Part shown: positions 48,201 to 56,619 of the stretch, one piece after another
Position numbering within the stretch: the first letter of the stretch is position 1
How the letters are laid out: the number at the start of each line of letters is the position of its first letter
Made by a program: the position numbers and the translations under genes
Notes under the pieces: model-generated
What the model was told of the DNA's origin: nothing
Database searches by the model: none
The model's input: only the letters and a program-made list of their open reading frames with translations
Virus record (IMG/VR): IMGVR_UViG_3300044678_000872
Location: 1 to 61,563 of that record
Length of the DNA stretch: 61,563 nt
Direction: 5' to 3' (one strand)
From: a virus
Taxonomy: Duplodnaviria; Caudoviricetes

Positions 48201-49254
48201 CAATTTCCCTCTTAACTAATTCATAAGTAGATACTATAGATGAAATTTTACCACAGAGTACTGATATCACACAACCATCTCTTACAATAGATGTAGTCCT
48301 AAGATCATTAATGTCTTCTCTAAGTTTTACTTTTGGAGACAGATATAGTTCTTTTATTGGGGTAGAATTATTTACTCCTTTAAAATACTCTGAGCAATGA
48401 GTTAATAGTTTATGTATATCAGATTTAAGCATTAGATCTTTATATATTAAATCTCTTCTAAGTTTAGTTATAAATTCTTTGTAGTATACAGTTCTAAAAT
48501 ATGGGGTATAAGAAACACTAGATAGAGTTATATCACCTAATCCATTCTGATAGGCTGATACATACTTACCATCCATAATAGTAATACAAACATCTTCTTT
48601 GAAGAAGTTATCTACAATTGGAATAATACATATCTCATATTTTAAATTAAGCATTTTATCTTTTGACACTATACCAAGGTTAGGACTATTGTATGTACAG
48701 TTAATAATAAAATCATACTTCTCATCATCTATTTTGTTACCATCAATTTCAATAATATTTCTTTTAAGTTTCAAGGATATATTTTTAGAGTTCATAATCC
48801 TTTCTTTAAAGTATTCGTATGCCTTCTTTAAGTTTATAACTTCTTCTGTGGTAGATATCCCACCCTCAATTAGTTCAGTATTCACAAAAGGCTCAACCTC
48901 AAAGTTATCTATTTCTCTAAAGGGTACTCCAAAACTTTTATATTTATTGATATAGTCTTCCAAGTTTACTTTGCTATTCTTTTCTATTAAGTAATAGTTA
49001 TCTTTAACAGGAGATATTAAATCATAATACTTGTCTTTAAATGATTGATAGTTGTTTAGTATTTGATCAATCGTTTCATTAGACCTCGGATAGTGAAACC
49101 CCTTGTGTATTCTATGCTGATTGTTTGAAGCAGCACCTTTAAATATATCTTTTCCTTTTTCATATAAATCAATTTGTATATCTGGATAATCATTTACAAG
49201 TTCTAGGGCAATAGAGCATCCATAAAATCCCGCTCCAATAATTGCAATCTTCAT
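48190..49254 (-). CDS. FAD-dependent oxidoreductase
   Basis: IAIIGAGFYG, ASNNQHRIHKGFHYPRS, IMDG, GKI. Confidence 0.85.
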   Translation of the reverse strand: MKIAIIGAGFYGCSIALELVNDYPDIQIDLYEKGKDIFKGAASNNQHRIHKGFHYPRSNETIDQILNNYQSFKDKYYDLISPVKDNYYLIEKNSKVNLEDYINKYKSFGVPFREIDNFEVEPFVNTELIEGGISTTEEVINLKKAYEYFKERIMNSKNISLKLKRNIIEIDGNKIDDEKYDFIINCTYNSPNLGIVSKDKMLNLKYEICIIPIVDNFFKEDVCITIMDGKYVSAYQNGLGDITLSSVSYTPYFRTVYYKEFITKLRRDLIYKDLMLKSDIHKLLTHCSEYFKGVNNSTPIKELYLSPKVKLREDINDLRTTSIVRDGCVISVLCGKISSIVSTYELVKREIDGN

Positions 49255-49970
49255 TAGACTGTCACATTCATTTCAGAAAGTCTGCCGTTCCAGTTTGATT
49301 GGGCTTTGTATATGTCTAAGTATTGAAAGTTTCTAATTCTTCTAGGAGTGCTTGTTCCATATGGATTTTCAATTTGAATAGTTTGATCCCTACTTCCACA
49401 AAGTTCTGTAAAGTTCCCATCTTGATACTTTAATAAATGATCTTCAAAGTCAACGCCCCATTGTTTTTTTAACTGAATCATTCTTGGATCAGTCGATGTG
49501 TTCTTGCAGTTTAAAACTCTATCAATTTGATTGGTCAACCAAGATATTTTATATAATCCTATATTCATAGATACAGTTATGTCTAATGGACATGTATCTC
49601 TACCATCTTCTGGAAAATACTTTTCTAAATTAAACACAAAATTAGGACCAACCCAACAGGTATCGTGCATATAGAAGATGTAGTCGTAATCTTTATAGGC
49701 TTCCTGGTTTTCTACAATATGAATCATGGGGGTATATTCAAATGAATTCTGTTGTTCACAATATATCTTATGTATACCAAACTTATTTCTTAATTCTATC
49801 TCTTTACTAGATGCCTCTATAGGGTCCTGAAAGTCACCCATAACTAACAGGATGCTATCTCTTTTTATTCCAGCCTCTAACAATGACCATATATTCTTAT
49901 CTATAGTTGTTTCATAAAAGCCTTTGCATGAAGATACAGCAAAAAGGACATTGTAGTTTTTTATTCTCAT
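49254..49970 (-). CDS. Glycosyltransferase-like protein
   Basis: NSFEYT, YIFYMHDTCWVG, SMNIGLY resemble GT-A-like motifs; first gene of the sugar cassette. Confidence 0.5.
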   Translation of the reverse strand: MRIKNYNVLFAVSSCKGFYETTIDKNIWSLLEAGIKRDSILLVMGDFQDPIEASSKEIELRNKFGIHKIYCEQQNSFEYTPMIHIVENQEAYKDYDYIFYMHDTCWVGPNFVFNLEKYFPEDGRDTCPLDITVSMNIGLYKISWLTNQIDRVLNCKNTSTDPRMIQLKKQWGVDFEDHLLKYQDGNFTELCGSRDQTIQIENPYGTSTPRRIRNFQYLDIYKAQSNWNGRLSEMNVTV

Positions 49971-49979
49971 ATCTTGTCA

Positions 49980-50003
49980 ATTATATCAGTGCGTGCTATA
50001 ATA
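49980..50003. promoter_or_regulatory. Back-to-back extended -10 promoters
   Basis: TGATATAAT on the - strand (49988-49980) and TGCTATAAT on the + strand (49995-50003). Confidence 0.65.
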
Positions 50004-50062
50004 TTATGGTTACTCTGCCGAATGGGGGGTAGCAAATAACTCGCTGAAAAGGAGGCAAAAAC

Positions 50063-50491
50063 ATGGTAAGTTCACTAATGCGACAAATGCAACTAGAACC
50101 TTTTTTCTTAGGTTTTGATGATGCATTTAATCAGTTGATGGGATTAAAAAATGACCTCAACAAACATATTTCAAATTATCCACCTTACAATATCAAAAAA
50201 ATTGACGACAATGAATTTGAATTAGAATTCGCTGTTGCTGGTTTTGATAAAAAAGATGTCAAGGTTATGATGGATATGGGCAAACTCCGTGTTTCTGGAA
50301 CAATTGGGGAAAGAGAAGACAGTGCAGAATTTCTACATAAAGGAATTGCTACACGATCATTCTCTTCTACATTTGCTCTAGGAGAACACGTTGAAGTTGA
50401 ATCAGCCGAGGTAGAAAATGGACTACTCAAGGTACGTCTAAAAAAATATCTGCCAAAGCATTTACAACCTAAAGAAATTATAGTAAGATAA
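50063..50491 (+). CDS. Small heat shock protein (Hsp20/IbpA family)
   Basis: YPPYNI, AVAGF, FLHKGIATRSF, NGLLKV; SD AAGGAGG. Confidence 0.95.
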   Translation: MVSSLMRQMQLEPFFLGFDDAFNQLMGLKNDLNKHISNYPPYNIKKIDDNEFELEFAVAGFDKKDVKVMMDMGKLRVSGTIGEREDSAEFLHKGIATRSFSSTFALGEHVEVESAEVENGLLKVRLKKYLPKHLQPKEIIVR

Positions 50492-50518
50492 TAGTATTCC
50501 TTTTAGTAGGGGAATCTG

Positions 50519-50558
50519 GAAGGCGGGGGTTGACAAGACCTTCGCCTTCTGCTATTCT
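50519..50558 (+). promoter_or_regulatory. Hairpin (likely terminator) overlapping a sigma70 promoter
   Basis: GAAGGCGGGGGT-tgacaag-ACCTTCGCCTTC; TTGACA(50530)-17-TATTCT, 6 nt to ATG 50565. Confidence 0.65.
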
Positions 50559-50564
50559 AAGCCT

Positions 50565-51302
50565 ATGAAAGTATATTGGGCTCCTGTTAACTATAACTTA
50601 TTTGCAGCACCTAAAGATAGCAATATGTTTTATTATGACCCAAGATCTTTGCTTTCCATTCTTAATGATTCAAGGAATAAAGAAACAGATATATCAAATT
50701 TTTTTAGATGCCCAACTGTTACAGGATTAACAAAAAATATTTTTATACTAGAAAATCCATTAGAGACTAATACAATATTAGATAGAAAAACTAATAAATT
50801 TAAAGTTAACAATAATATGCAGTTAAAATTTACTAAGCCACATGAACCATCTATAAATCAAAACCTATTATTTACTCATGAATTACAGTGGATATTTTTT
50901 ACCGAAGAGCCTAGTTTAAAAATGACTTTAACATCTCCATATTTTTCTTATGCTCCTCATACTCAATATGGATCTATTGTTCCAGGAAGTTTTGATATTG
51001 GAAAATGGTTTAGAAATATAAACTTAGAATTTAACATCTGGAATGATAAGGATGAACTACATATCAAAGAGGGAGAGCCATTGGCTTATGTTCACTTTGA
51101 TACAGATAAAACAGTGGAATTAGTTAGATTTAACTTAAACACTCAACTAAAAACTTACATCGACAGTATTGCTAAACTAAGTAGTTATGAGCCGAGGGTA
51201 CCACTTTTATCACGGTATGAAAGGTTTAAAAGAACTAGAATGAAAGACTTAATAATGAAAGAAATAAAAGCAAATATAGTTGACAATACTTATAACATTT
51301 GA
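50565..51302 (+). CDS. Hypothetical protein, distant paralog of 42842..43579
   Basis: FRCP, PGSFDIGKWFR, IKEGEPLAYVHF. Confidence 0.55.
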   Translation: MKVYWAPVNYNLFAAPKDSNMFYYDPRSLLSILNDSRNKETDISNFFRCPTVTGLTKNIFILENPLETNTILDRKTNKFKVNNNMQLKFTKPHEPSINQNLLFTHELQWIFFTEEPSLKMTLTSPYFSYAPHTQYGSIVPGSFDIGKWFRNINLEFNIWNDKDELHIKEGEPLAYVHFDTDKTVELVRFNLNTQLKTYIDSIAKLSSYEPRVPLLSRYERFKRTRMKDLIMKEIKANIVDNTYNI

Positions 51303-51308
51303 TATCAT
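51280..51308 (+). promoter_or_regulatory. Sigma70-type promoter
   Basis: TTGACA-17-TATCAT with TG extension. Confidence 0.65.
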
Positions 51309-51334
51309 AGATAGTCTAACAGATTGGAAAAAAT

Positions 51335-51727
51335 ATGCCACTACATAACCACTTAATGGTTAATGGTTTTACCCTATTCCCACCACAAGATACAAAGTTA
51401 GCAGAAGACTGGATGAAGTCCCTTGTTGAATCAATCGGTATGAAGATTGTTCAAGGTCCTTTTGCATCTTATGTAGATAAAGAAGGAAATCGTGGTTTAA
51501 CAATTGCAACTATTATTGAAACATCTCACATTGCAATGCATGTATGGGACGAGCCAGATCCAGCATTAGTTCAGTTTGATTTATACACTTGCTCAACTCT
51601 AGATGTTGAAATGATATTAAAAAATCTACAAGATAGTATAGGATTATTCAATTATCAAACAATGGTAGTTGAAAGAAAAGAAGGCTTCAATATCATTCCA
51701 GAAGATAAATGGATTGAACTAGCATGA
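51335..51727 (+). CDS. speD: S-adenosylmethionine decarboxylase-like pyruvoyl proenzyme
   Basis: GLT...IETSHIAMHVWDE...QFDLYTC. Confidence 0.85.
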   Translation: MPLHNHLMVNGFTLFPPQDTKLAEDWMKSLVESIGMKIVQGPFASYVDKEGNRGLTIATIIETSHIAMHVWDEPDPALVQFDLYTCSTLDVEMILKNLQDSIGLFNYQTMVVERKEGFNIIPEDKWIELA

Positions 51728-51993
51728 CAATGCCAGACTGGTCAAACTGGGATTCTCATAAATTATTAATAGAAGCAGAATATAAAAATAGGATGAATTT
51801 CTTTGAATGGCGTGACCTTGGTCTTGCTAACAAATGGATATCAGAATCATTTTGCGATACTCATGACACAGGGTATATGACAGACGAAGAAGAGCAAGCA
51901 TGGGAAAACGGAGAAGATCCATGCATGGTTGTATTCAGAGTCTGGGAAGACAATATAGAAACTGAGTCTGGCAATAACGAAAAACTATTTTAA
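51724..51993 (+). CDS. Hypothetical acidic protein
   Basis: ATGA coupling; FCDTHD...GEDPC. Confidence 0.65.
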   Translation: MTMPDWSNWDSHKLLIEAEYKNRMNFFEWRDLGLANKWISESFCDTHDTGYMTDEEEQAWENGEDPCMVVFRVWEDNIETESGNNEKLF

Positions 51994-51998
51994 TAACT

Positions 51999-52826
51999 AT
52001 GTTGTTAGAAGATAGAATAAAAGAATTAGGGTATTCCTTTACGTCTAATAACAATGTAATTAAAGTTATAGTTCCAGACGCTGATAGAATCAATGTTATA
52101 AATAATCTATCTAAAGAATTAGATTGTGAGATATCTAAAGACTCAGTATCATCTTTAGGAAGTTTGCGTATTGACAATAAAAAGATATACGTAAAGCCTT
52201 TAGAAAGCCAAACAAAGGGTACTGAAGCAGCCGTATTTACTCACCTTCAAAGTCAATTTAATGAGATAGGAAATCCTATAGTTCTTCATATAGGATCAAA
52301 AACTTATTTTATAGATGGGGTAAGAAAAGTTAGAGGATTTAAAAAAGCAGACTTTGTATTTACTTTTCAAAGTATGCCTGTTGTTTACTGCTCTCATAAG
52401 ACTGACGATAAGTTTTTCCAATGGGCGGGGTTTACAGAAAAAGGAATTAAATATCATCCTGAAGTATCTATCTTTATAGATGATCTTATTAATAAGTTTA
52501 AAGATACTGAAGATATATCTTTGTACTCTAAGACATTAAAAAGATGTATTGAAGATGATGATTTAAAACTTTTAGCAGTGTATGGAAGTGGGGAAAAGAG
52601 GGTGGAGTTTGTATTAAAAGATAGTATTACTCTAAAGAAGGTAAACGATAGTGAGTATGAACTAACTGGTGTACAATATGAATACCCTCAGATTCCTGGT
52701 GGAGATGATGAACCTGTCTTGGTTGCAAGAATGGCTACTAATAGACAGCAACGCATACTGCCAAAGCATTTTAATGGAGTAAGGTTAAGTATATTCCCAA
52801 GCCATAGAACTGGCAAAGATTTTTAG
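51999..52826 (+). CDS. Putative PD-(D/E)xK endonuclease
   Basis: E...KKADFV...YCSHK...FFQWAG pattern. Confidence 0.45.
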   Translation: MLLEDRIKELGYSFTSNNNVIKVIVPDADRINVINNLSKELDCEISKDSVSSLGSLRIDNKKIYVKPLESQTKGTEAAVFTHLQSQFNEIGNPIVLHIGSKTYFIDGVRKVRGFKKADFVFTFQSMPVVYCSHKTDDKFFQWAGFTEKGIKYHPEVSIFIDDLINKFKDTEDISLYSKTLKRCIEDDDLKLLAVYGSGEKRVEFVLKDSITLKKVNDSEYELTGVQYEYPQIPGGDDEPVLVARMATNRQQRILPKHFNGVRLSIFPSHRTGKDF

Positions 52827-52841
52827 TATAAAGGAGAAATT

Positions 52842-53144
52842 ATGGAAAATTATGTTTTGTTAGACTTTTGGGCTGATTGGTGTGCACCATGTAAAATGAT
52901 GAAGCCTATTATAGATAAGATCGAGGCAGACTATCCTAACCTTACTGTGGTTAGAGTAAACGTAGATGAGGACGCGGCGATGGTACAAGACTATAATGTT
53001 AGTTCTGTTCCTACATATATTTTGATGAATAAAGATAAAGAGATTTTGAGTTTCGCGACAGGTGCTATGCCTGAGTTTAAGTTTAAAAAAGAATTAAAGT
53101 TAGATGTTTTAGAGTTCGGCGAAAACAGTACAAATGCTTCCTAA
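52842..53144 (+). CDS. trxA: Thioredoxin
   Basis: LDFWADWCAPCK, VNVDE, SVPT. Confidence 0.95.
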   Translation: MENYVLLDFWADWCAPCKMMKPIIDKIEADYPNLTVVRVNVDEDAAMVQDYNVSSVPTYILMNKDKEILSFATGAMPEFKFKKELKLDVLEFGENSTNAS

Positions 53145-53265
53145 TCTAAGTCCCTTAGAAATAAGCATTGCATTGCTAGGTTTTAGCCTATTGACTTTTG
53201 CTTCTCTTTATACTATACTTGAATACAGAAGTAAGGGAAAACACATAGATAAGAAAAGGTGGTAG
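53134..53265 (+). CDS. Small membrane protein (not in the ORF track)
   Basis: 43 aa, one TM segment plus a basic tail; also contains TTGACT-17-TATACT (53191-53219). Confidence 0.45.
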   Translation: MLPNLSPLEISIALLGFSLLTFASLYTILEYRSKGKHIDKKRW

Positions 53266-53267
53266 GT

Positions 53268-53483
53268 GTGGGTAAAGAAGTGTTGGATAGAGAAGATGTT
53301 GTTAGTATGATTGAAGAAATTAATGATGTGTTTCGTAGGGTAGAAGAAGAAGGTATAGACCAAAATGGTTATGATTCTAATGAGTATCTTACCTTTAAAG
53401 AAATACGTAAAGATATTGTGGGTATTATAAATAACCATATGAATTATATGGATGGTGGAAGGGGCACTGGAACTGATGTCTAG
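53268..53483 (+). CDS. Hypothetical protein
   Basis: GTG start with SD AGGTGG. Confidence 0.55.
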   Translation: MGKEVLDREDVVSMIEEINDVFRRVEEEGIDQNGYDSNEYLTFKEIRKDIVGIINNHMNYMDGGRGTGTDV

Positions 53484-53706
53484 GTTTTATGATAAGGACT
53501 TTAATCCTTTATTCCCAGATGATAGTATTTCTGACATTGTAAGGCAAGATAGGGATGCCCAAGATGCTAAGTTGGATAGGATTGTTAGAGAGTCCTCTCA
53601 TCGTAGAGAGATCATGATGGCACAGAAAATTATTGATGAGAATACCCTTTGTCTTTCTGGGGTTGAACCTTGTGAGTTTTGCTACAACGAACTTAATAAC
53701 GAATGA
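53476..53706 (+). CDS. Hypothetical protein
   Basis: Coupled; C-terminal C..CEFC. Confidence 0.55.
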   Translation: MSRFYDKDFNPLFPDDSISDIVRQDRDAQDAKLDRIVRESSHRREIMMAQKIIDENTLCLSGVEPCEFCYNELNNE

Positions 53707-53798
53707 TCTACTACATAGCATTGTTGACAACATTAAACACCGCCTACATTGTGTACAAAGAATATAGGTATTGGAAGGCAGCAAAAGATTTATGGTAA
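53703..53798 (+). CDS. Small membrane peptide (not in the ORF track)
   Basis: 31 aa MIYYIALLTTLNTAYIVYKEYRYW...; overlaps both neighbours. Confidence 0.45.
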   Translation: MIYYIALLTTLNTAYIVYKEYRYWKAAKDLW

Positions 53799-54193
53799 AT
53801 AAAGATGTAATTATTAAATTGGTTGAAGAGTTGGATAAGTACTACGTTATGGATGGTACTGAGTATGAGTCTTTTATTCATAATATGATTTATGATGATT
53901 ACGAAAAAGATCCAGAAGGTTCATTTTTTATGGATTCTTCTCACCATTTTAGTATTGGTGTAACTTTAAAGTTTTTTGCAAAATTAGGCTTAGATGTTCT
54001 TGAAGAGGTAAATAGTCGGGATGATCTTTTGTTTGCTCAGATAAATAAAAGTTTGAAGAATAATGAAGTTTTTACAGAACTTGTTGAAAAAGAATTTGAC
54101 TTTGTCAATCCTTCTATGGAGCAGGCTGAAAGACGTTTGGAAGAATATATTGAGAAACACAGAAAGGAACTAGAAGATGGTGAAATGGCATAA
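53792..54193 (+). CDS. Hypothetical acidic protein
   Basis: ORF in a contiguous operon. Confidence 0.6.
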   Translation: MVNKDVIIKLVEELDKYYVMDGTEYESFIHNMIYDDYEKDPEGSFFMDSSHHFSIGVTLKFFAKLGLDVLEEVNSRDDLLFAQINKSLKNNEVFTELVEKEFDFVNPSMEQAERRLEEYIEKHRKELEDGEMA

Positions 54194-54578
54194 GGCTAAC
54201 CTTGACCCTGAAGATATAGCAAAAATTATTCGTGAGGGTAGGGAAGAAAACGATAAAAAGTTTGAAACCTATGCAGAATATGTAGGATATATTGCCAAAG
54301 ACAATGATAGGATTCTTAATGAATATGACCATGATCATTCTAAATGTGAACCTAATGAAGAGACTAAACAAGCCATGATAGAGGCTATAAAAGAGTCTAT
54401 GGATGATGTATTTGTAAGTTCTGTAGATGGCTCTGAAAGCACCCTTATGGAAGTGTTAGATGCCCTTGGATCTGACTATGATGAAGATGGCATACCTTAT
54501 TGGGAAGATGATAGTGGCTTAGCCCAACGTGGCTATAATTATAAAGACCAACAAATCGAGGGTAGGGATAATGTCTGA
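54177..54578 (+). CDS. Hypothetical acidic protein
   Basis: SD AAGGA; contiguous operon. Confidence 0.6.
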   Translation: MVKWHKANLDPEDIAKIIREGREENDKKFETYAEYVGYIAKDNDRILNEYDHDHSKCEPNEETKQAMIEAIKESMDDVFVSSVDGSESTLMEVLDALGSDYDEDGIPYWEDDSGLAQRGYNYKDQQIEGRDNV

Positions 54579-54822
54579 ACAATGGAAAGCAAGTAATCTG
54601 CAATATAGATATGCTAATTGGGAAAATATTGAAATGTGGCAAGAAAGAAAGTGGGCTAGTAAGGCAAGTGATATTACTATAACTAAGCCAGATGGAACAG
54701 TTGAGGTTCGTCCTAATCCTGTTAAACCTTTTATCCCTAAGAAGAAAAGAAAAAAGGGTCTTAATGATAAAAGACAAAAAATGTTTGACGGTAATTACAT
54801 AAAAGGTAAAGATAATGTTTAA
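54571..54822 (+). CDS. Hypothetical basic protein
   Basis: ATG 54571 with a purine-rich leader. Confidence 0.55.
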   Translation: MSEQWKASNLQYRYANWENIEMWQERKWASKASDITITKPDGTVEVRPNPVKPFIPKKKRKKGLNDKRQKMFDGNYIKGKDNV

Positions 54823-55009
54823 AAGAGAAATTAAAGAAGTACTAGATGACATTAGATATTCTGAAGAACTATTATCTATGGAAGAATTATCTGATGCTAT
54901 GAAAGATTATATCAAGTATACTGATGAATTGATTGTATCTTTACAAGCCTATATTGACTATCTATTAATAGGTGAAGATAGTATTGATGGGGACGATATT
55001 AAGCCTTAA
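54815..55009 (+). CDS. Hypothetical protein
   Basis: Coupled ORF. Confidence 0.55.
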   Translation: MFKREIKEVLDDIRYSEELLSMEELSDAMKDYIKYTDELIVSLQAYIDYLLIGEDSIDGDDIKP

Positions 55010-55152
55010 TGTGGATTATAGAGACTGTTAAGGATAAAGAAAGCCAGGAATATAATCAGGCTAGATGCTATGCTTGCGGGTATACAATGAATACAGATCT
55101 ATTCACTAGAGATGATTTAACAATGATTATGGAAGCACATAAATGCAAATAA
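55009..55152 (+). CDS. Small zinc-ribbon protein (not in the ORF track)
   Basis: 47 aa, CYAC...HKC; TAATG coupling. Confidence 0.55.
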   Translation: MWIIETVKDKESQEYNQARCYACGYTMNTDLFTRDDLTMIMEAHKCK

Positions 55153-55167
55153 TCGGGGTAAATAAAG

Positions 55168-55540
55168 ACCCTTTCTTAATCCTTTATATAACCATATGAA
55201 CAATAGAACCAATGAAGATATGTTCCTATTCTGGTTTATTATATGCATGTCCATGACCATATTATTGTTCCTAATTACCCCCAAAAAATAAAACAAAATA
55301 GAACAATACTATACTAAATATGTTATAAGATATAAAAATATAGAATGATATGGAATAAAATGGAGGGAAATGGGTGATTGGGCATTTGCCCGCCCTTTCG
55401 TAATCCTTTGCAGCACCGCTGCCCTATCATAATATTTATAATATGTCAATAGTTTTGGGCATATTTTTATATATTCGTAATGTTTTTTTGCCCTTTTATT
55501 TTGCATAATTCTGGGTATATTTTGATAGATTCTTAATACT
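55168..55540. repeat. AT-rich convergent intergenic region with repeated TTC(G/T)TAAT boxes
   Basis: Boxes at 55173, 55397, 55474, 55530; the first two share CCCTTTCkTAATCCTTT. Confidence 0.6.
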
Positions 55541-55595
55541 TTTTGATAGATAGTATATGTATTCTTCCAGATAATATGCAGATTTTTATAGATAA

Positions 55596-56147
55596 TTATA
55601 TTGAGTCAAAATATATTGGTCCTTTACATGAAGGACTATATTCTATTGCACTTTCTACTGCTATTTTTAATCTTCTATTTATATCTTTGTACCCGCGGGT
55701 TGTGTATAGGGAACCGAAGGCTATGGTGCCGCCCGATCCTATGGCACCTTCGGTGATCTCGTTGAGTTGGAAGTCGGAGGAATCAAATTCGAAGAGGCGT
55801 CCACGCACGGCGATCAACGCCAGGATGCCGCCATCCTTATCATCGGCGGGGGAAGTAGAAGGAGAATATATACCTATAGCATTCTTAAATACTTGACAAA
55901 ATTTAGTTCTTAAAAATCTAGTTAATTCTTTTCCATTATATCCAGAAGGATCTGGAAGATCTATAGAATGTAATAATTGTCCTAAACCTGTTTCACCAGC
56001 ATAACCTATTAAATATTTTCCATTCTTTTGTATCTTAGGATCAATAATAGATATCATAATACTTTCATCCGATGCCCCCGAATCCGCAGCCATAAAAACT
56101 TTGCGGGGGGTAGAAAGATTATCTACTATACCTACTATACAAGTCAT
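55596..56147 (-). CDS. Ntn-hydrolase peptidase (HslV/proteasome beta-like)
   Basis: N-terminal (M)TCIVG, AADS, KI, IGYAG, AIGSGG. Confidence 0.85.
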   Translation of the reverse strand: MTCIVGIVDNLSTPRKVFMAADSGASDESIMISIIDPKIQKNGKYLIGYAGETGLGQLLHSIDLPDPSGYNGKELTRFLRTKFCQVFKNAIGIYSPSTSPADDKDGGILALIAVRGRLFEFDSSDFQLNEITEGAIGSGGTIAFGSLYTTRGYKDINRRLKIAVESAIEYSPSCKGPIYFDSI

Positions 56148-56183
56148 AATAATATACCTTTGATCATAATATATACCTCACTA

Positions 56184-56212
56184 ATAATACCATTGAATAA
56201 AAAATAAGTCAA
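56184..56212 (-). promoter_or_regulatory. Early sigma70 promoter (module A)
   Basis: TTGACT-17-TATTAT with ATTAAGAA boxes upstream. Confidence 0.7.
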
Positions 56213-56303
56213 TAACTGGCATTCTTATATAGTCCTTCTTAATACTATTCTGGGAAAAAAATCTTGACATTCTTAATACTATATGGTAGAGCCGATCTGC
56301 GCG

Positions 56304-56343
56304 GACCCAGGACCCCAGGGCACGATCCCTGAGAGCCCAGGTC
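56304..56343 (-). terminator. GC-rich hairpin without U tail (terminator or processing site)
   Basis: GACCTGGGCTCTCAGGG-atcgtg-CCCTGGGGTCCTGGGTC just after a stop codon. Confidence 0.55.
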
Positions 56344-56352
56344 AACTAGGTC

Positions 56353-56619
56353 TTACTTGGCAGCCTCGTCTATCATGTCATCATAGTCTTTATAGTCTTT
56401 GTCTGGGTCTATATCCATTTCTTTACAAAGTTGAACAAAGGTATCGTCTATGATTTTGACACCCTCATCATTTAAGGTACAAAGGTTAGCATTGACAGAT
56501 ATTGCCAATGGAATACCTAAATCATTGTAGGTAAAAAAATCATCATGCAATCCTGTTCCTAAAGTTATGGTAGAGGTACTGAACTCCACAATAGCCTGAA
56601 TTTTATTATCTGTGTCCAC
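56353..56619 (-). CDS. Hypothetical protein
   Basis: FFTYNDLGIPLA; SD GAGG. Confidence 0.65.
   Translation of the reverse strand: MDTDNKIQAIVEFSTSTITLGTGLHDDFFTYNDLGIPLAISVNANLCTLNDEGVKIIDDTFVQLCKEMDIDPDKDYKDYDDMIDEAAK

Noticed and set aside
55196-55506. ORFs in the junction (31-aa hydrophobic 55196..55291 on +; tracked 55309..55506 on -)
   Set aside because: No SD or promoter support; plausible by chance in AT-rich DNA
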